Program-made: the position numbers and the translations under genes
Source: Trichormus sp. ATA11-4-KO1
Lineage (GTDB): Bacteria; Cyanobacteriota; Cyanobacteriia; Cyanobacteriales; Nostocaceae
Direction: 5' to 3'
DNA length: 43,952 nucleotides
NCBI GenBank assembly: GCA_019358915.1
Contig: JAHHIM010000032.1
Span: forward strand, 1 to 43,952
Shown: positions 28,401 to 37,679 of the stretch, piece after piece
Layout of the letters: each line of letters starts with the position of its first letter
Position numbering within the stretch: position 1 is the first letter of the stretch
Notes under the pieces: model-generated
Database searches by the model: none
What the model was told of the DNA's origin: nothing
The model's input: only the letters and a program-made list of their open reading frames with translations

Positions 28401-28703
28401 ATGCAGACTATGTATGGGATTAACCCTCCGTCCACACCCCCCATTAATGAAGATGGGAGTAATAAACGGGGGGGTATGGACACAAACGAACAACTCAGTG
28501 ATTCTTGGTGGAAGCGAGTTAAATATTATGCTCAGTTAGTTGCTCACCAGGTAGAAAGCGGGGTGGCAGTCGTTAAAGAAATACTCAGTACCCTAACTAG
28601 TGATCAGCGTTGGGGGGTGATGCTGGAATTTGAAGAAGTTTGTCCAGAGGGTTTTACTCAATTGGTGGCAGATGCTCCCAATTGGGTGGCGTGGATGGGC
28701 TAA
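25419..28703 (+). CDS. Plasmid replication protein, CyRepA1 type (DUF3854 TOPRIM-like plus helicase domain)
   Basis: [45 protein letters not shown] motifs; GGAGG RBS. Confidence 0.88.
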   Translation: MNPIDRNCLENQHLEEWLASAVDPEIIALNVISLSGTETYEYLLYALPQTARRNDLRLRDGYLRRYAHTANGGWWVSGLDPHNDWLPMDWGRMKPDSPRREWDNEAQQYTEKSVKYESPPKTPNRVTYLRVPLHIWKLVSLRYNVPMPEHVTVTESGEALGFWAWVMAHPEIPLILTEGEKKAGCLLTLGFVAIALPGIWNGRIGQEDFERLHPDLLPMAQLGRKFTILFDYETKPKTKHHVFQATRRTANVILDTGCECSIALLPGPEKGIDDWVVALGKKADKAVSTMIADALTFREYQQRFFINRARGLRKYKPDVTVNSRFLGNAINALPESGLVCLLSDMGTGKTELLARMRQARPQLSFLNNGHRVNLLKNLSDRLQTAMYSAMAYGDWSKAKALSITVDSLYKMANDLQAYDILFIDEACQYLAHLLKSKTCKEHRGEILEVLEYLVYNAKLVVLADAHLDDLTIDFFRAMRPAGEQPYIIKNLYRSGGRKAYWYEGRNSSALVAEFHCQLMLGKKLMMVSDSKRFIKKLERALNGVVFNDTDEDNTPEPEADRQLKVWTVHSENSGSEENVIFIREINTAIQTIDALLTTPSLGTGVDISMYHFDAVFGVFHAVSQAATECAQQLWRYRHDVPMYIWVAPRPPFGYAETNARNIKENILQKNEMTAYLIRIDKETGKRGAEKDWALDTSCQIEAQRNWSINNLRSDLRSLLEEMGNTIVPAGDGNNEGASRWMKAAGIAIDEEHYRKVANAKDIDRKTYQSRQHQDYLKPEEALECEKFRIQDTYGMSVTPELVEKDDGGRLIKKIVALEAILAEPGEIITDDQGREFVIPPAVVVDRDKSERERLSICTDWSNHSTSWLMRHRLGLRTVLKDLMDGIEIKGDEPMIEALADFSKRNAPHIKGILNLTIPLDESPIWILGQYLAQLGLSTESRRPLEDGKRVRYYRLNTEDVAFARNVLEYRQRQREDKEKRRQEEEERNAAYAARMQTMYGINPPSTPPINEDGSNKRGGMDTNEQLSDSWWKRVKYYAQLVAHQVESGVAVVKEILSTLTSDQRWGVMLEFEEVCPEGFTQLVADAPNWVAWMG

Positions 28704-28884
28704 ACTTCTTCATCTAATTCACTAAGTACATCTGCTAAATCCCTTGCCCCATGCAATACCCGCAGAATTTCAATGGTAGTATGGCACAAGATACTAGTGG
28801 TCTGTCAAACCTAAATTTGTGAGTTTATGGAAAAATGGAGAGGCTATTCGCTATCAACCGCTCCATTGGTTTGAGGAACTTCCC

Positions 28885-30257
28885 ATGCCCAAACGCTATA
28901 TTGTCCAGTTGAATCAGGAGGAACGGAAAAACCTCCAAGACCTCGTATCAACAGGCAGAGCCGCAGCGTATAAAATCAAGCACGCTAACATTCTGCTCAA
29001 CATCGATATCAATGGGCAGGGATGGACAGACGAGGAAGCGGCAAAGGCTTTTAGTTGCCATCGCAACACAATTGCCAATCTGCGGGAACGGTTGGTAAAA
29101 GTTGGGCTGGAGTCCGCCTTAGAACGTCAAATCAATTCAAAATTCAAAATTATTAATTCAAAATTAAAGACAATCAGTCGGGGCTTGTACCCACCACTGA
29201 TTGTAGACCACTGAACTTTGTTCAGTGGGAGCCTGTACTCGGAATGAATTAATTCAAAATTATTTCCATTCTTCATTTTGTAAAGCCCTGGCGGGCATGG
29301 CTGCGCTTACCGCGGTAGCGTGCCGGAGGCTCTATTTTGAATTTTGCATTTTGAATTCAAAAAAGGTCAGCCCCGGAAAACACCACCTCGCCAACGGGTC
29401 TGTGATGGAGAAGCGGAAGCAAAATTGATTGCCCTGCGGTGTGGGGAACCGCCTGCTGGTCAGGCACGTTGGACATTGCGACTGCTTGCCGACCGAGTGG
29501 TCGAGTTAGAGATTGTACCTGAAATTTCTCACGAAACCGTGCGGCAAGTCCTAAAAAAAACGAGTTGAAGCCTCATTTGCGTCAGATGTATGTAATCCCA
29601 CCAGAACAGAGTGCCGAATTTGTCGCGCACATGGAAGATGTGCTAGAGATTTATCACTTGCCCTATAACCCCAAGCGTCCAGTGATTTGCATGGATGAAC
29701 AACCTGTGCAGTTGATTAAAGAAACCCGAATGCCCCTACCTGCAAAACCAGGACAACCAGAATCCTTTGATTATGAATACGAACGTAATGGCACGGCTAA
29801 TATCTTCCTGTTTACAGAACCTTGAGCGGGATGGCGCAAAGCAATCGTGAGTGAACGTAGAACAGCAGTTGATTGGGCGACAGAAATTAGGCGCTTACTT
29901 GAGGACGACTATGCCGATAGCGACAAAGTTATTTTGGTCTGTGACCAATTAAACATTCACAAACTTGCCTCACTCTATGAAGCGTTTGAGCCAACCATTG
30001 CTCGTCGTTTAGTAGAACGATTGGAAATTCACCATACGCCTAAACATGGTAGTTGGCTTAATATCGCTGAGAACGAACTATCGGCATTGACTCGACAATG
30101 TTTGGATAGGCGGACTCCAGATCGTGAAACTTTAGAACGAGAAACAACCGCTTGGTACATTCAGCGCAATCGCAAGCAATTGTCCGTGGATTGGCAATTC
30201 TCAACCGCAGATGCTCGCATCCGCCTCAACCGTCTTTACCCACAAATAGAAAACTGA
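28885..30257 (+). pseudogene. IS630 transposase; 240-bp insertion in orfA and in-frame TGA at 29823
   Basis: RWTLRLLAD, CMDEQP, DYEYERNGT, HHTPKHGSWLNIAE motifs; CTAAAAAAAACGA at the orfA/B junction. Confidence 0.9.
29130..29369. mobile_element. 240-bp heptamer-bounded hairpin element within IS630 orfA
   Basis: GTCA at both junctions (29126-29, 29366-69); excision restores LERQPRKTPP. Confidence 0.8.
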
Positions 30258-30390
30258 CAGATTACTAGCCACCGCTCAAGTGAGTAGGGAAATCGTTATA
30301 TCAGACAAACTCCAAGCGCAAGATATAGGAAAGTAAACAAAGTAAATCGTTTCATTCTTTGCAAATAAAGCTCAGCGATAATCTATTCAC

Positions 30391-31359
30391 TCAAACCGAT
30401 CGAAACCGTTCAATATCTCGGATGGGAGGCGCACCAAACATGCGGGAATATTCTCGACTGAACTGCGAGGTACTTTCATACCCAACTCGATAAGCAGCCT
30501 GAGTGGCATCGATCGCCTCGGCAAGCATCATTTGACGAGCATTCATCAGTCTCAGATGTTTTTGATATTGCAACGGACTCATTGAGGTGACTGCCTTAAA
30601 GTGGCGATGAAATGATGCTGTAGACATATTCGCTTGTTCAGCTAGTTCCTCAACCCGCAACGGTTGGGCAAACTCTGCTTTGATGTGTTTGATCAATTCT
30701 GCAATGCGCTGCATGTTGCTGCCAGAGGTGGCAACCTGACGAACAGCTTCCTCTTGTTCATCGGTGAGTAGACGGTAGTAGATTTCGCGGATAATCATAG
30801 GAGCGAGAAACGGAATATCCTGCGGTGTATCTAAAAGTTTTGTCAGTCGAATAGCGCAATCAATCAAGGATGGACTGGCCTCACTAACGCACAAGCCTCT
30901 TACAGAGTTTTCTTTCCTATCGATATCTGGATTTGTTTGAACAATAATTTCACAGAGTTGGGCTGGATCTAGGTTCAGCTTTAAGCCGAGATAGGGGTGA
31001 TCGGGTGTTACCTCGATCATGCAAACGCTCATTGGCAAATCCACCGACGTTACCAAATATTGAGCGACACCATATTGAAAGATTTCCTGAGCGAGCGATA
31101 ATTTCTTTTGCCCCTGTGCCACGATACCGAGCAGTGGTTCGCTGACATCCTCTATGGTTCTGGAAGTATTGCATCGCACGAAGACGAGAGAATCGATCGC
31201 GGTTGGATAATATCCATTTCTCTCACTGTTCGTATGCTGCTCGATGAGTGCCGCCAATTCTGCACATTTGGCGATCGCCAATTGCCTTTGCATTGGCAAA
31301 ATCTCTCCATTAGTAGAAGCGGCGATCGCAACTTTATGGGTCAGTGTCTTGCTCGTCAT
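30391..31359 (-). CDS. AraC-family regulator (YqhC-like N-terminal domain)
   Basis: IVAQGQK, PYLGLKL, IIREIYYRLL, SPLQYQK, VGYESTSQFSREYSRMFG motifs. Confidence 0.93.
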   Translation of the reverse strand: MTSKTLTHKVAIAASTNGEILPMQRQLAIAKCAELAALIEQHTNSERNGYYPTAIDSLVFVRCNTSRTIEDVSEPLLGIVAQGQKKLSLAQEIFQYGVAQYLVTSVDLPMSVCMIEVTPDHPYLGLKLNLDPAQLCEIIVQTNPDIDRKENSVRGLCVSEASPSLIDCAIRLTKLLDTPQDIPFLAPMIIREIYYRLLTDEQEEAVRQVATSGSNMQRIAELIKHIKAEFAQPLRVEELAEQANMSTASFHRHFKAVTSMSPLQYQKHLRLMNARQMMLAEAIDATQAAYRVGYESTSQFSREYSRMFGAPPIRDIERFRSV

Positions 31360-31504
31360 GTTGGTTCCCTGACTGATAGAACACCTTTCATGCTCGCATT
31401 ATAGGAGACATTTTCCCTAAACCAAGCCTTGCTTGAGAGAATCAGGCAATCATCTGCAAGGTTTGTGTATTTGGGCAAAGGCGGATTCAGCCTACGATGA
31501 CCTC

Positions 31505-31924
31505 ATGTTGAAAAATAGAAGCTTAACTCGCGTTCACATACAGAAAGCTATTGACTATATTCACACTCACCTTGACCGAGATTTGTCGCTTTTTCAGGGG
31601 AAAGTCGTTCGAGAGCTTCAAGGGGAGCGCGATCTGAACTTTCAGGAAGCAACAGCCATCATAGGTCGCATCCTCAATCGCCCCGGTCTTCGCTATGTTC
31701 AAATTTCCCTAGAGCAAGCTAAGCAGGAATGGCGAGAATCGGGTATGTCCAGCAACGTTATCGACCTCATGACTGAAGTGGTGGAAGGGATCAACGCTAG
31801 AGGTTATCACATTACTCAAGCACGTGATGCACGCACCTCGACATCGATATTTCTGGAGCAATTCATAGAGGATGTTTTTGTTCCCCAGTACAAAAGAGTT
31901 ATCAATTCGCTAGCGATTCTTTAA
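31505..31924 (+). pseudogene. Deletion chimera: AraC HTH start fused to an NmrA-like C-terminus
   Basis: MLKNRSLTRVHIQKAIDYIHTHLDRDLSL | FQGKVVRELQGERDL...LRYVQ...LEQFIEDVF. Confidence 0.65.
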
Positions 31925-31937
31925 ACATGAGGTTTTT

Positions 31938-32471
31938 ATGAAAGTTGCGATCGCACCATCTCGACAGACTGCGTATTGGAGAAAAGTCATCAACAAAATA
32001 ATTCCTACCTTGGGATGCATTTTTATTATGCTACTCGTTGTGTTTCTACCTGCTCTCACTACTGCACAAACTCAACCAGAAAGGATTGCACCACAAACTC
32101 AACCAGAACAGAGCCGTCGTGAGCAAGGCAGCCGAGTCATCAATAAGCTAACTGGCAGGGCAGGGCAACCCGTGCTCAACGCCCTACGTCAGAATTTCCC
32201 ATTTCTTGCAGATGCGATTGTAGACTATTCGCTCGGTGAGGTTTGGTCACGTCAAGGGTTAGATGATCGCACCCGTCAGCTTGCTACTGTTGCCGCCTTT
32301 GCCGCCGCTGGAAATCTGCCACAATTGAAGATCCATGCAGGCTATGCACTCCGACTTGGCGTAACGCAAGACGAACTTAAAGAAATCATTTATCTAACCA
32401 CAGTAACGGCTGGTTTTCCGCGCTCGATTGATGCAGCACAAGCAATGGGGGAAGTCTTCACCGTGCAATAA
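31938..32471 (+). CDS. Carboxymuconolactone decarboxylase (AhpD-like) family protein with N-terminal signal/TM
   Basis: GEVWSRQGLDDRTRQLATVA, LKIH, AGFPRS motifs. Confidence 0.88.
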   Translation: MKVAIAPSRQTAYWRKVINKIIPTLGCIFIMLLVVFLPALTTAQTQPERIAPQTQPEQSRREQGSRVINKLTGRAGQPVLNALRQNFPFLADAIVDYSLGEVWSRQGLDDRTRQLATVAAFAAAGNLPQLKIHAGYALRLGVTQDELKEIIYLTTVTAGFPRSIDAAQAMGEVFTVQ

Positions 32472-32535
32472 AAACGTCTCAGCACTACAAAACAAGTTCG
32501 CTCCATAACCGCAAAATAACCAGAAGATAAGACTC

Positions 32536-33276
32536 ATGACGACAAATAAAAACACCCAAAAAGTGGTACTGATTACAGGTGCAAGTAGCGGCATTGGTGA
32601 AGCAACTGCCAGATTACTTGCTCACAAAGGTCTACGAGTTGTGTTGGGCGCACGGCGTACTGATCGCCTCGAAGCGATCGCCTCCGAAATCCATGAGAAA
32701 GGGGGCGTAGCAGAATATCGCGCCCTGGATGTAACTAACCTCGAAGACATGCAAGCCATTGTTGAGTTTGCAAAAAATAAGTTTGGTCATCTGGATGTCG
32801 TGGTCAACAATGCAGGTATCATGCCACTCGCTAAATTAGAGGCATTAAAGATCGACGAGTGGAACCGCATGATTGATGTCAATATTCGCGGTGTCCTCCA
32901 CGGTATCGCTGCTGCCCTCCCTGTCTTCAAGCAGCAACAGTCTGGACAGTTTGTAAATATCTCCTCCATTGGTGGGCATATCGTCTATCCGACAGCAGCC
33001 GTGTACTGTGCAACCAAGTTTGCCGTCTGGGCAATCTCTGAGGGACTGCGGCAGGAATCGACGGATATCCGGGTTACGATCATCTCGCCCGGAGTGACCC
33101 AATCTGAACTCCCCAGCACAACCACCGACGCTGAAGCAGTGCAGTGGTTAGAGGAATTTCGTGGAGCCGTGATTCCACCCGATGCGATCGCTCGTGCCAT
33201 TGCCTTTGCGATCGAGCAGCCCCCAGATGTAGATGTTAATGAAATCGTTGTTCGACCGCTTGGGCAGCCCAGTTAA
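32536..33276 (+). CDS. SDR oxidoreductase (YdfG-like)
   Basis: TGASSGIG, NNAGIM, YCATK, DVDVNEIVVRP motifs. Confidence 0.95.
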   Translation: MTTNKNTQKVVLITGASSGIGEATARLLAHKGLRVVLGARRTDRLEAIASEIHEKGGVAEYRALDVTNLEDMQAIVEFAKNKFGHLDVVVNNAGIMPLAKLEALKIDEWNRMIDVNIRGVLHGIAAALPVFKQQQSGQFVNISSIGGHIVYPTAAVYCATKFAVWAISEGLRQESTDIRVTIISPGVTQSELPSTTTDAEAVQWLEEFRGAVIPPDAIARAIAFAIEQPPDVDVNEIVVRPLGQPS

Positions 33277-33326
33277 ATATTATGCCCAGTTAGTTGCCCA
33301 AAGAGTAGAGGAGGGAGTAGGCATGG

Positions 33327-33524
33327 TGTAGAGCGACAAATTATTTGACCGCAGGGACAAATTAGAAGTCAAATTTTTCATATCTGCAAGCTTTACTAAA
33401 AAGGTACTTGTTTTTTAGGGTTTGTGATATAAGTTTGTAGAAATCTCTATAACAGCCAATTTAGAAGGATTTAGATTGATGACAAATAATATGTCGCTCT
33501 AGTCAAATAATTTGTCCTTCTACA
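33327..33524. mobile_element. 198-bp Tn7-like mini element, or a lone CAST-type transposon end
   Basis: TGTAGA...TCTACA; terminal 23-bp IR 21/23 identical; four GACAAAT-type sites; flanks GCATGG / GCACGG. Confidence 0.7.
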
Positions 33525-33768
33525 GCACGGCTCATTACATAAACTGCGTGAGTTTTATTGCCAAATTGTCGATTCAAGTCTGAGTCCTATACCAGTAACA
33601 ACAAAATAGAAACTTATGTTAGTGCTAAGTAATCTGTTAGTTCAATGCCAATAGGGTGAGAAAATAATCATCCAATTAGGTGAGCTAAGTGTATGAGGTG
33701 CAAGTTGGTCAAAACAAAGATTCTAGTAATAGAAACGAACGATTAAAGACAACTCCAGTGAGGAAAAA

Positions 33769-34302
33769 ATGATGAAACTTGCAAAAATCGCCGCCTCTGC
33801 ATTTGCTGTTGCTTCCGTTGTCTTAAGCGCGGGAATTGCTTCGGCTCAAACTACAGCAAACATTCCACCAAAGGGTCTGACAGGTAGCTATATTGGCGCA
33901 GGTGTGGGTGCAGGAGTTACTGATGGCGGACGACAAAATGATGCAGCGACATTCGGCGGAAATGTTCAAGGACGCTATGCTCTCCCCAATGCACCTGTCT
34001 CTCTTCGCGGTGCAGTTCTGTTTGGTGGGGATTCCACAGCAATCATGCCGATGTTGACCTATGATGCACCCATTGCCAAAAACACTAACGTATATTTTGG
34101 TGGTGGTTACTCTTTTCAAACTGATGAAGGGAAAGCCAGCCAGTTGGGAAACCAGAACACGCCTGTAGTCACCCTTGGTGTTGAATCAGAAGTGGCTAAA
34201 AACGTCGTAATTTATGGCGATGCCAAGTGGGGTATTGATGCGTACAAAGATAGTAATGCTGATGCCATTAGTTTACAAACAGGTTTAGGCTACCGCTTCT
34301 AA
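33769..34302 (+). CDS. Outer-membrane beta-barrel protein
   Basis: Signal peptide ending ASA-Q; SYIGAGVGAG; C-terminal GLGYRF. Confidence 0.85.
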   Translation: MMKLAKIAASAFAVASVVLSAGIASAQTTANIPPKGLTGSYIGAGVGAGVTDGGRQNDAATFGGNVQGRYALPNAPVSLRGAVLFGGDSTAIMPMLTYDAPIAKNTNVYFGGGYSFQTDEGKASQLGNQNTPVVTLGVESEVAKNVVIYGDAKWGIDAYKDSNADAISLQTGLGYRF

Positions 34303-34351
34303 TTAGGAAAAAAGGTAATTAGGTTAGTAGAAATAGGCTGAATATAAGGTA

Positions 34352-34405
34352 AGGCAAGATGCCCATTTCACAAGAAAAGAATTTATATTGTGGGGTGGGC
34401 ATTCT
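34352..34405. repeat. REP-like inverted repeat
   Basis: GGCAAGATGCCCATTTCACAA...TTGTGGGGTGGGCAT between convergent genes. Confidence 0.45.
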
Positions 34406-34546
34406 CCTATTGGGAACGCGATTGTATCTACTGGGACAACGCACGAGACGCGATAATGCCTGCTCTCTTTCTTGGGCTATCTATGAGATGTCATTACTTT
34501 CCAACTTTCATAATGACTAATCTCAATTCAAATATTCTCTAAATCA

Positions 34547-34774
34547 CTACTCAATAATTTCATCATATTGATTGGTGTCTTCTGAAGATAATTCTTTCAT
34601 CTCCTCCAACACATCAACCAAAGTTTTTTCATCTAGCCATTGATGACGTTCTTTGGTATAGTCTCCTTTACCGGGACTAAAATATTGAATAAACCGAATA
34701 GTATCGGCAACTCCTAAAGAATGGATTAAGGCATCATAGCCCTGTTTGATAATTTCATGTTGAGTTTTCATCAT
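34547..34774 (-). CDS. Small protein, putative antitoxin partner of the PIN protein
   Basis: Overlaps the PIN gene; LGVADTIRFI...GDYTKERHQW. Confidence 0.7.
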   Translation of the reverse strand: MMKTQHEIIKQGYDALIHSLGVADTIRFIQYFSPGKGDYTKERHQWLDEKTLVDVLEEMKELSSEDTNQYDEIIE

Positions 34775-35240
34775 TGCTTTCCTCGGCTTGTATTACAAGA
34801 GCCAGCCATTGAACTGGATTATTAATCTTAACGTTAATTAATTGAGAGTTTTTTTGAGCTTTTTTGAAGAGTCTGTCATCTGTAGTAAGGAATACATCAG
34901 CCTGACTTCTTTCGGCACTGGCGATGTGGGTGGCATCATAGCTGGAGAATCCTAATTGTTGGAGTTCGGCGGCTCTGTTTTCAATGAAGGCACTATTAAT
35001 AACTTTAATTTTAGCAATGCCAAGTAATTTTTTGACATTTTCTAGTCTTGATAAATCAGGTGTTTGGTTTAATTCAGCGATTAAAGCACTGCTGTTAATA
35101 AGTTTCCAAGTCCCTGATTGACATTGACTCATAATTGTCATAACTGCCTGTGCTTCTAAATAAATACGGGATTGTGTCTGGTCATCAAACGGACGATTCA
35201 AACAACAAGCATCAAGATAGACTTTATATTGTTTGCTCAT
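34755..35240 (-). CDS. PIN-domain (VapC-like) protein
   Basis: VYLDACCLNRPFDD, YDATHIASA, FLTTDD motifs. Confidence 0.88.
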   Translation of the reverse strand: MSKQYKVYLDACCLNRPFDDQTQSRIYLEAQAVMTIMSQCQSGTWKLINSSALIAELNQTPDLSRLENVKKLLGIAKIKVINSAFIENRAAELQQLGFSSYDATHIASAERSQADVFLTTDDRLFKKAQKNSQLINVKINNPVQWLALVIQAEESNDENST

Positions 35241-35345
35241 AGTGTTTAATCGTCTAAATCATAATTTAGTCGGATTGACCCAGTGAGTAATTTAAACATC
35301 ATCCCCTGTTTTTTGGCTAACAATATCTAAATTTTTAAGTCTTTC

Positions 35346-36338
35346 CTAAATAAGTTCTGATATTGAATCACTCATCTGCTTTTGCAAACGCTGGCGGTTA
35401 TCATCATATTTCAATACCGTCTGCACCTGGGCGTGTCTGCTGAATCGCTGAGTAGCACGGTAGTTGCCATTATTCAGATCCAAAACTGTAGTAATCGCAC
35501 TGTGGCGGATGCGATGGGGTGACATCTTCTTAGTAATTCCCGCTTGCTTACATAGCCCATCCACCAATCGCCTAATTGCCTCCCCGGTTAATCTCGCCCC
35601 ATTCTTGTGATAAGCCAGCACCGTAAAAAGCGGGTCATTGCCACGTTTTTTCTTACTTGCTTTAATCCAACAGGAAATCGCCAATGTTGTTTTATCCGAT
35701 AGGTCAAGAACTTCCTTCTGGCTACCCTTGCCCTTACCTAGAATCAAGAGAGTTTTTTCCTTGGGGTTAAAATCACTCACATTTAAATTGACTATCTCAT
35801 TGCGGCGCAAGCCATTATCCCAGAGCAACCGCAGAATGGCATAATCGCGCTTACCCTTAAGGGTGTTTTGGTCAACCAGGGCTATAACTTTAGCATAATC
35901 AGTAGCTCTAATACCCGTAGTGTCCCGGTAGGTTTCGACCCTTTCACCTTTGACATCATCCAAAGAGAAATTGCAGACACCCAACCGTCGCCCCATCTCT
36001 ACCATTGACTTGATAGCACTGAGGCGATGATTTACCGTAGCTTCAGCCAGTTTTTTCTTGATGAGGTGCGCCTTGTACTTAAGAACCACAGCGACAGCAT
36101 GACGCTGTTCCAGGTGCAGAAACTCCAACACTAAATCCCGGCTGGGTTCTTTTTTCGCAACGAATAAGAAGAAATCTTTCAAATCTTTCTGGTATTCGCG
36201 CTTAGTGATAAGCGATCGCTTATCACCAATCAGCTGCTGAATCACATCGGGGTCATTTTCTAAGGAGAAATCTTCACCGATCGCTAAGGAGAGCGAATTT
36301 TCTAGAACACTTAGGTTTTCAGGATGGATTGGGGTCAT
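35346..36338 (-). CDS. Tyrosine recombinase/integrase
   Basis: RDYAIL...GLRRNE, GKG, SPHRIRHS, RH, catalytic Y in KYDD; start at MTPIHPEN. Confidence 0.93.
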   Translation of the reverse strand: MTPIHPENLSVLENSLSLAIGEDFSLENDPDVIQQLIGDKRSLITKREYQKDLKDFFLFVAKKEPSRDLVLEFLHLEQRHAVAVVLKYKAHLIKKKLAEATVNHRLSAIKSMVEMGRRLGVCNFSLDDVKGERVETYRDTTGIRATDYAKVIALVDQNTLKGKRDYAILRLLWDNGLRRNEIVNLNVSDFNPKEKTLLILGKGKGSQKEVLDLSDKTTLAISCWIKASKKKRGNDPLFTVLAYHKNGARLTGEAIRRLVDGLCKQAGITKKMSPHRIRHSAITTVLDLNNGNYRATQRFSRHAQVQTVLKYDDNRQRLQKQMSDSISELI

Positions 36339-36345
36339 GGTTTTA

Positions 36346-36868
36346 AGCAGGGGAGCAGAGGAGCAGAGGAGCAGGGGAGAGAAGAGGTTTAATTTTTCTT
36401 CATCAGCCAAGGGGAGGGGTTATTAATCATGTTTACTAGGCTTCCAAGAACTTGGTTGTAAATTCCATAAAGTTCTCGACCTGTATCAACATCCAAATAA
36501 TTACATTTAACAGCAAACTCTATCCATGTCTGAGTTTCCGCCGCCTCCGCCTCACAGTCGTTCAGTTTGGCTACAAATGCCCCCTCATATCGGCGTTTCC
36601 GCCATGCCACCCTTCGGGAACGCTCCGCGAACGGCTAAATTAGCACAAATAGAACGCGAAGACCGACGAATTTGGTCGGTCAATGAATAGCGTTCCTCAA
36701 CAGGAAACTTTTTCGACACCTCAAATATTTTCATTGCGGCATCAAACGCAGTTTGATAAACCCTTAAATCTTTATGGTTCTTAATTGCTTCTCTTTCCAT
36801 CTCCTCTGCACCTCTGCTCAAGAGCTTATTTCTCCCCTGCCCCTCTGCTCCTCTGCCCCCCTGCTCCC
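36346..36868 (-). mobile_element. Element bounded by inverted AGCAGRGG octamer arrays carrying a four-helix-bundle gene
   Basis: 35-bp arms 36346-36380 and 36831-36865 are complementary apart from two positions that are G-U on the coding strand. Confidence 0.65.
36389..36800 (-). pseudogene. Four-helix-bundle protein (TIGR02436 / 23S IVP-like), frameshifted by a 22-nt insert
   Basis: HKDLRVYQ...FPVEERYSLTDQIRRSSRSICANLA|AWRKRRYEGAFVAKLND...EAAETQTW; insert ~36610-36631. Confidence 0.9.
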
Positions 36869-37151
36869 ATCTTAGCCGTTAAGCGGTATTTTTTACTGCA
36901 AGTGGTGTGAAAAATCACATCGTCGCACTATCTTGTGACACAGTGGAGGGAGGGGTTTGGGGAGTATTTGTCAAAAGATTGACATTTGGAGAGAGTGATA
37001 GGGAAAAATAAAAGGCGATATTCGTGTCAGGGCTAACGAAGGAGTACGTGATCTGACGGTCAAAGGATAGAGAGTTGACTATACACCCAAATCCATATTT
37101 CGGGATTTGGGTGTAAGAGCGGGTGTTGAGCAGAGGTAGGGATGACAATAG

Positions 37152-37238
37152 TTGATAGCAAGATTGCTATCAAAATCATCTGTACTTGCTTATAGAATCC
37201 CGTTTGGTAAATTGTTGCTATCAAGCTCGTGATATCAA
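37152..37238. repeat. TTGCTATCAA palindrome and direct repeats
   Basis: TTGATAGCAA-GA-TTGCTATCAA (37152-73), TTGCTATCAA (37215-24), GTGATATCAA (37229-38). Confidence 0.6.
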
Positions 37239-37317
37239 TTTTAGGCAGTAGTCTCGGTGGCAGCCTCACTAGCTCTACCACTGAATTTCCGAAGGAGGGA
37301 AATACTGCCAGCACAAC

Positions 37318-37490
37318 TTATGAACCCGCTACACCGCAGGTACAAAAGAACTCTTGATGATGGGTGCTTTTCCCAGAAACCGTGGTAATTTTTGTAAATC
37401 CAGCAGCCTTCAGCATTGTTTCTACTTCCGTGACTTCGTAGACTGCAAATCCGTGTTGGGAGAACTTCTGTTGTTCTAAACGGCAACCCA
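37318..37490 (-). pseudogene. Possible C-terminal remnant of a class I SAM methyltransferase
   Basis: FSQHGFAVYEVTEVETMLKAAGF resembles methyltransferase C-termini; no N-terminus present. Confidence 0.35.
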
Positions 37491-37679
37491 AGCTGATTGG
37501 CAAGAAATGTCCGAATTATTTGCATAAAGTTAATGGCTGAGATATAAAGATGGCTTTGAGCCGAAAAATAGGAGTCTCGACTGCCTCGTTGCTTGAGTGC
37601 CGCATCAATTGATAGGTTTTCCAGGCATAAAGGAAAAATAGGCGTTGCATAATAAGAATATGAATTAGGGTGAATCTTC

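Larger units (their letters stand above)
28795..30267 (+). mobile_element. IS630-family element, inactivated
   Basis: Ends TAGTGGTCTGTCA / TGACAGATTACTA with CTAG at both junctions; split orfA/orfB transposase. Confidence 0.9.

Noticed and set aside
29823..29825. Recoded TGA in IS630 orfB
   Set aside because: A point nonsense mutation in an element already disrupted by an insertion is the simpler explanation.
33327..33524. Complete CAST/Tn7 system in the window
   Set aside because: No tnsB, tnsC, tniQ, cas12k, array or tRNA target is visible; only end-like DNA.
36339..36410. N-terminal extension of the integrase (MADEEKL...LLLCSSAPLL)
   Set aside because: It is a translation of the octamer repeat arm; the real start is more likely 36338.
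36389..36800. Diversity-generating retroelement (Avd-like gene)
   Set aside because: No reverse transcriptase and no template/variable repeat pair with adenine-only differences seen; the YcaC duplicates do not look adenine-specific.
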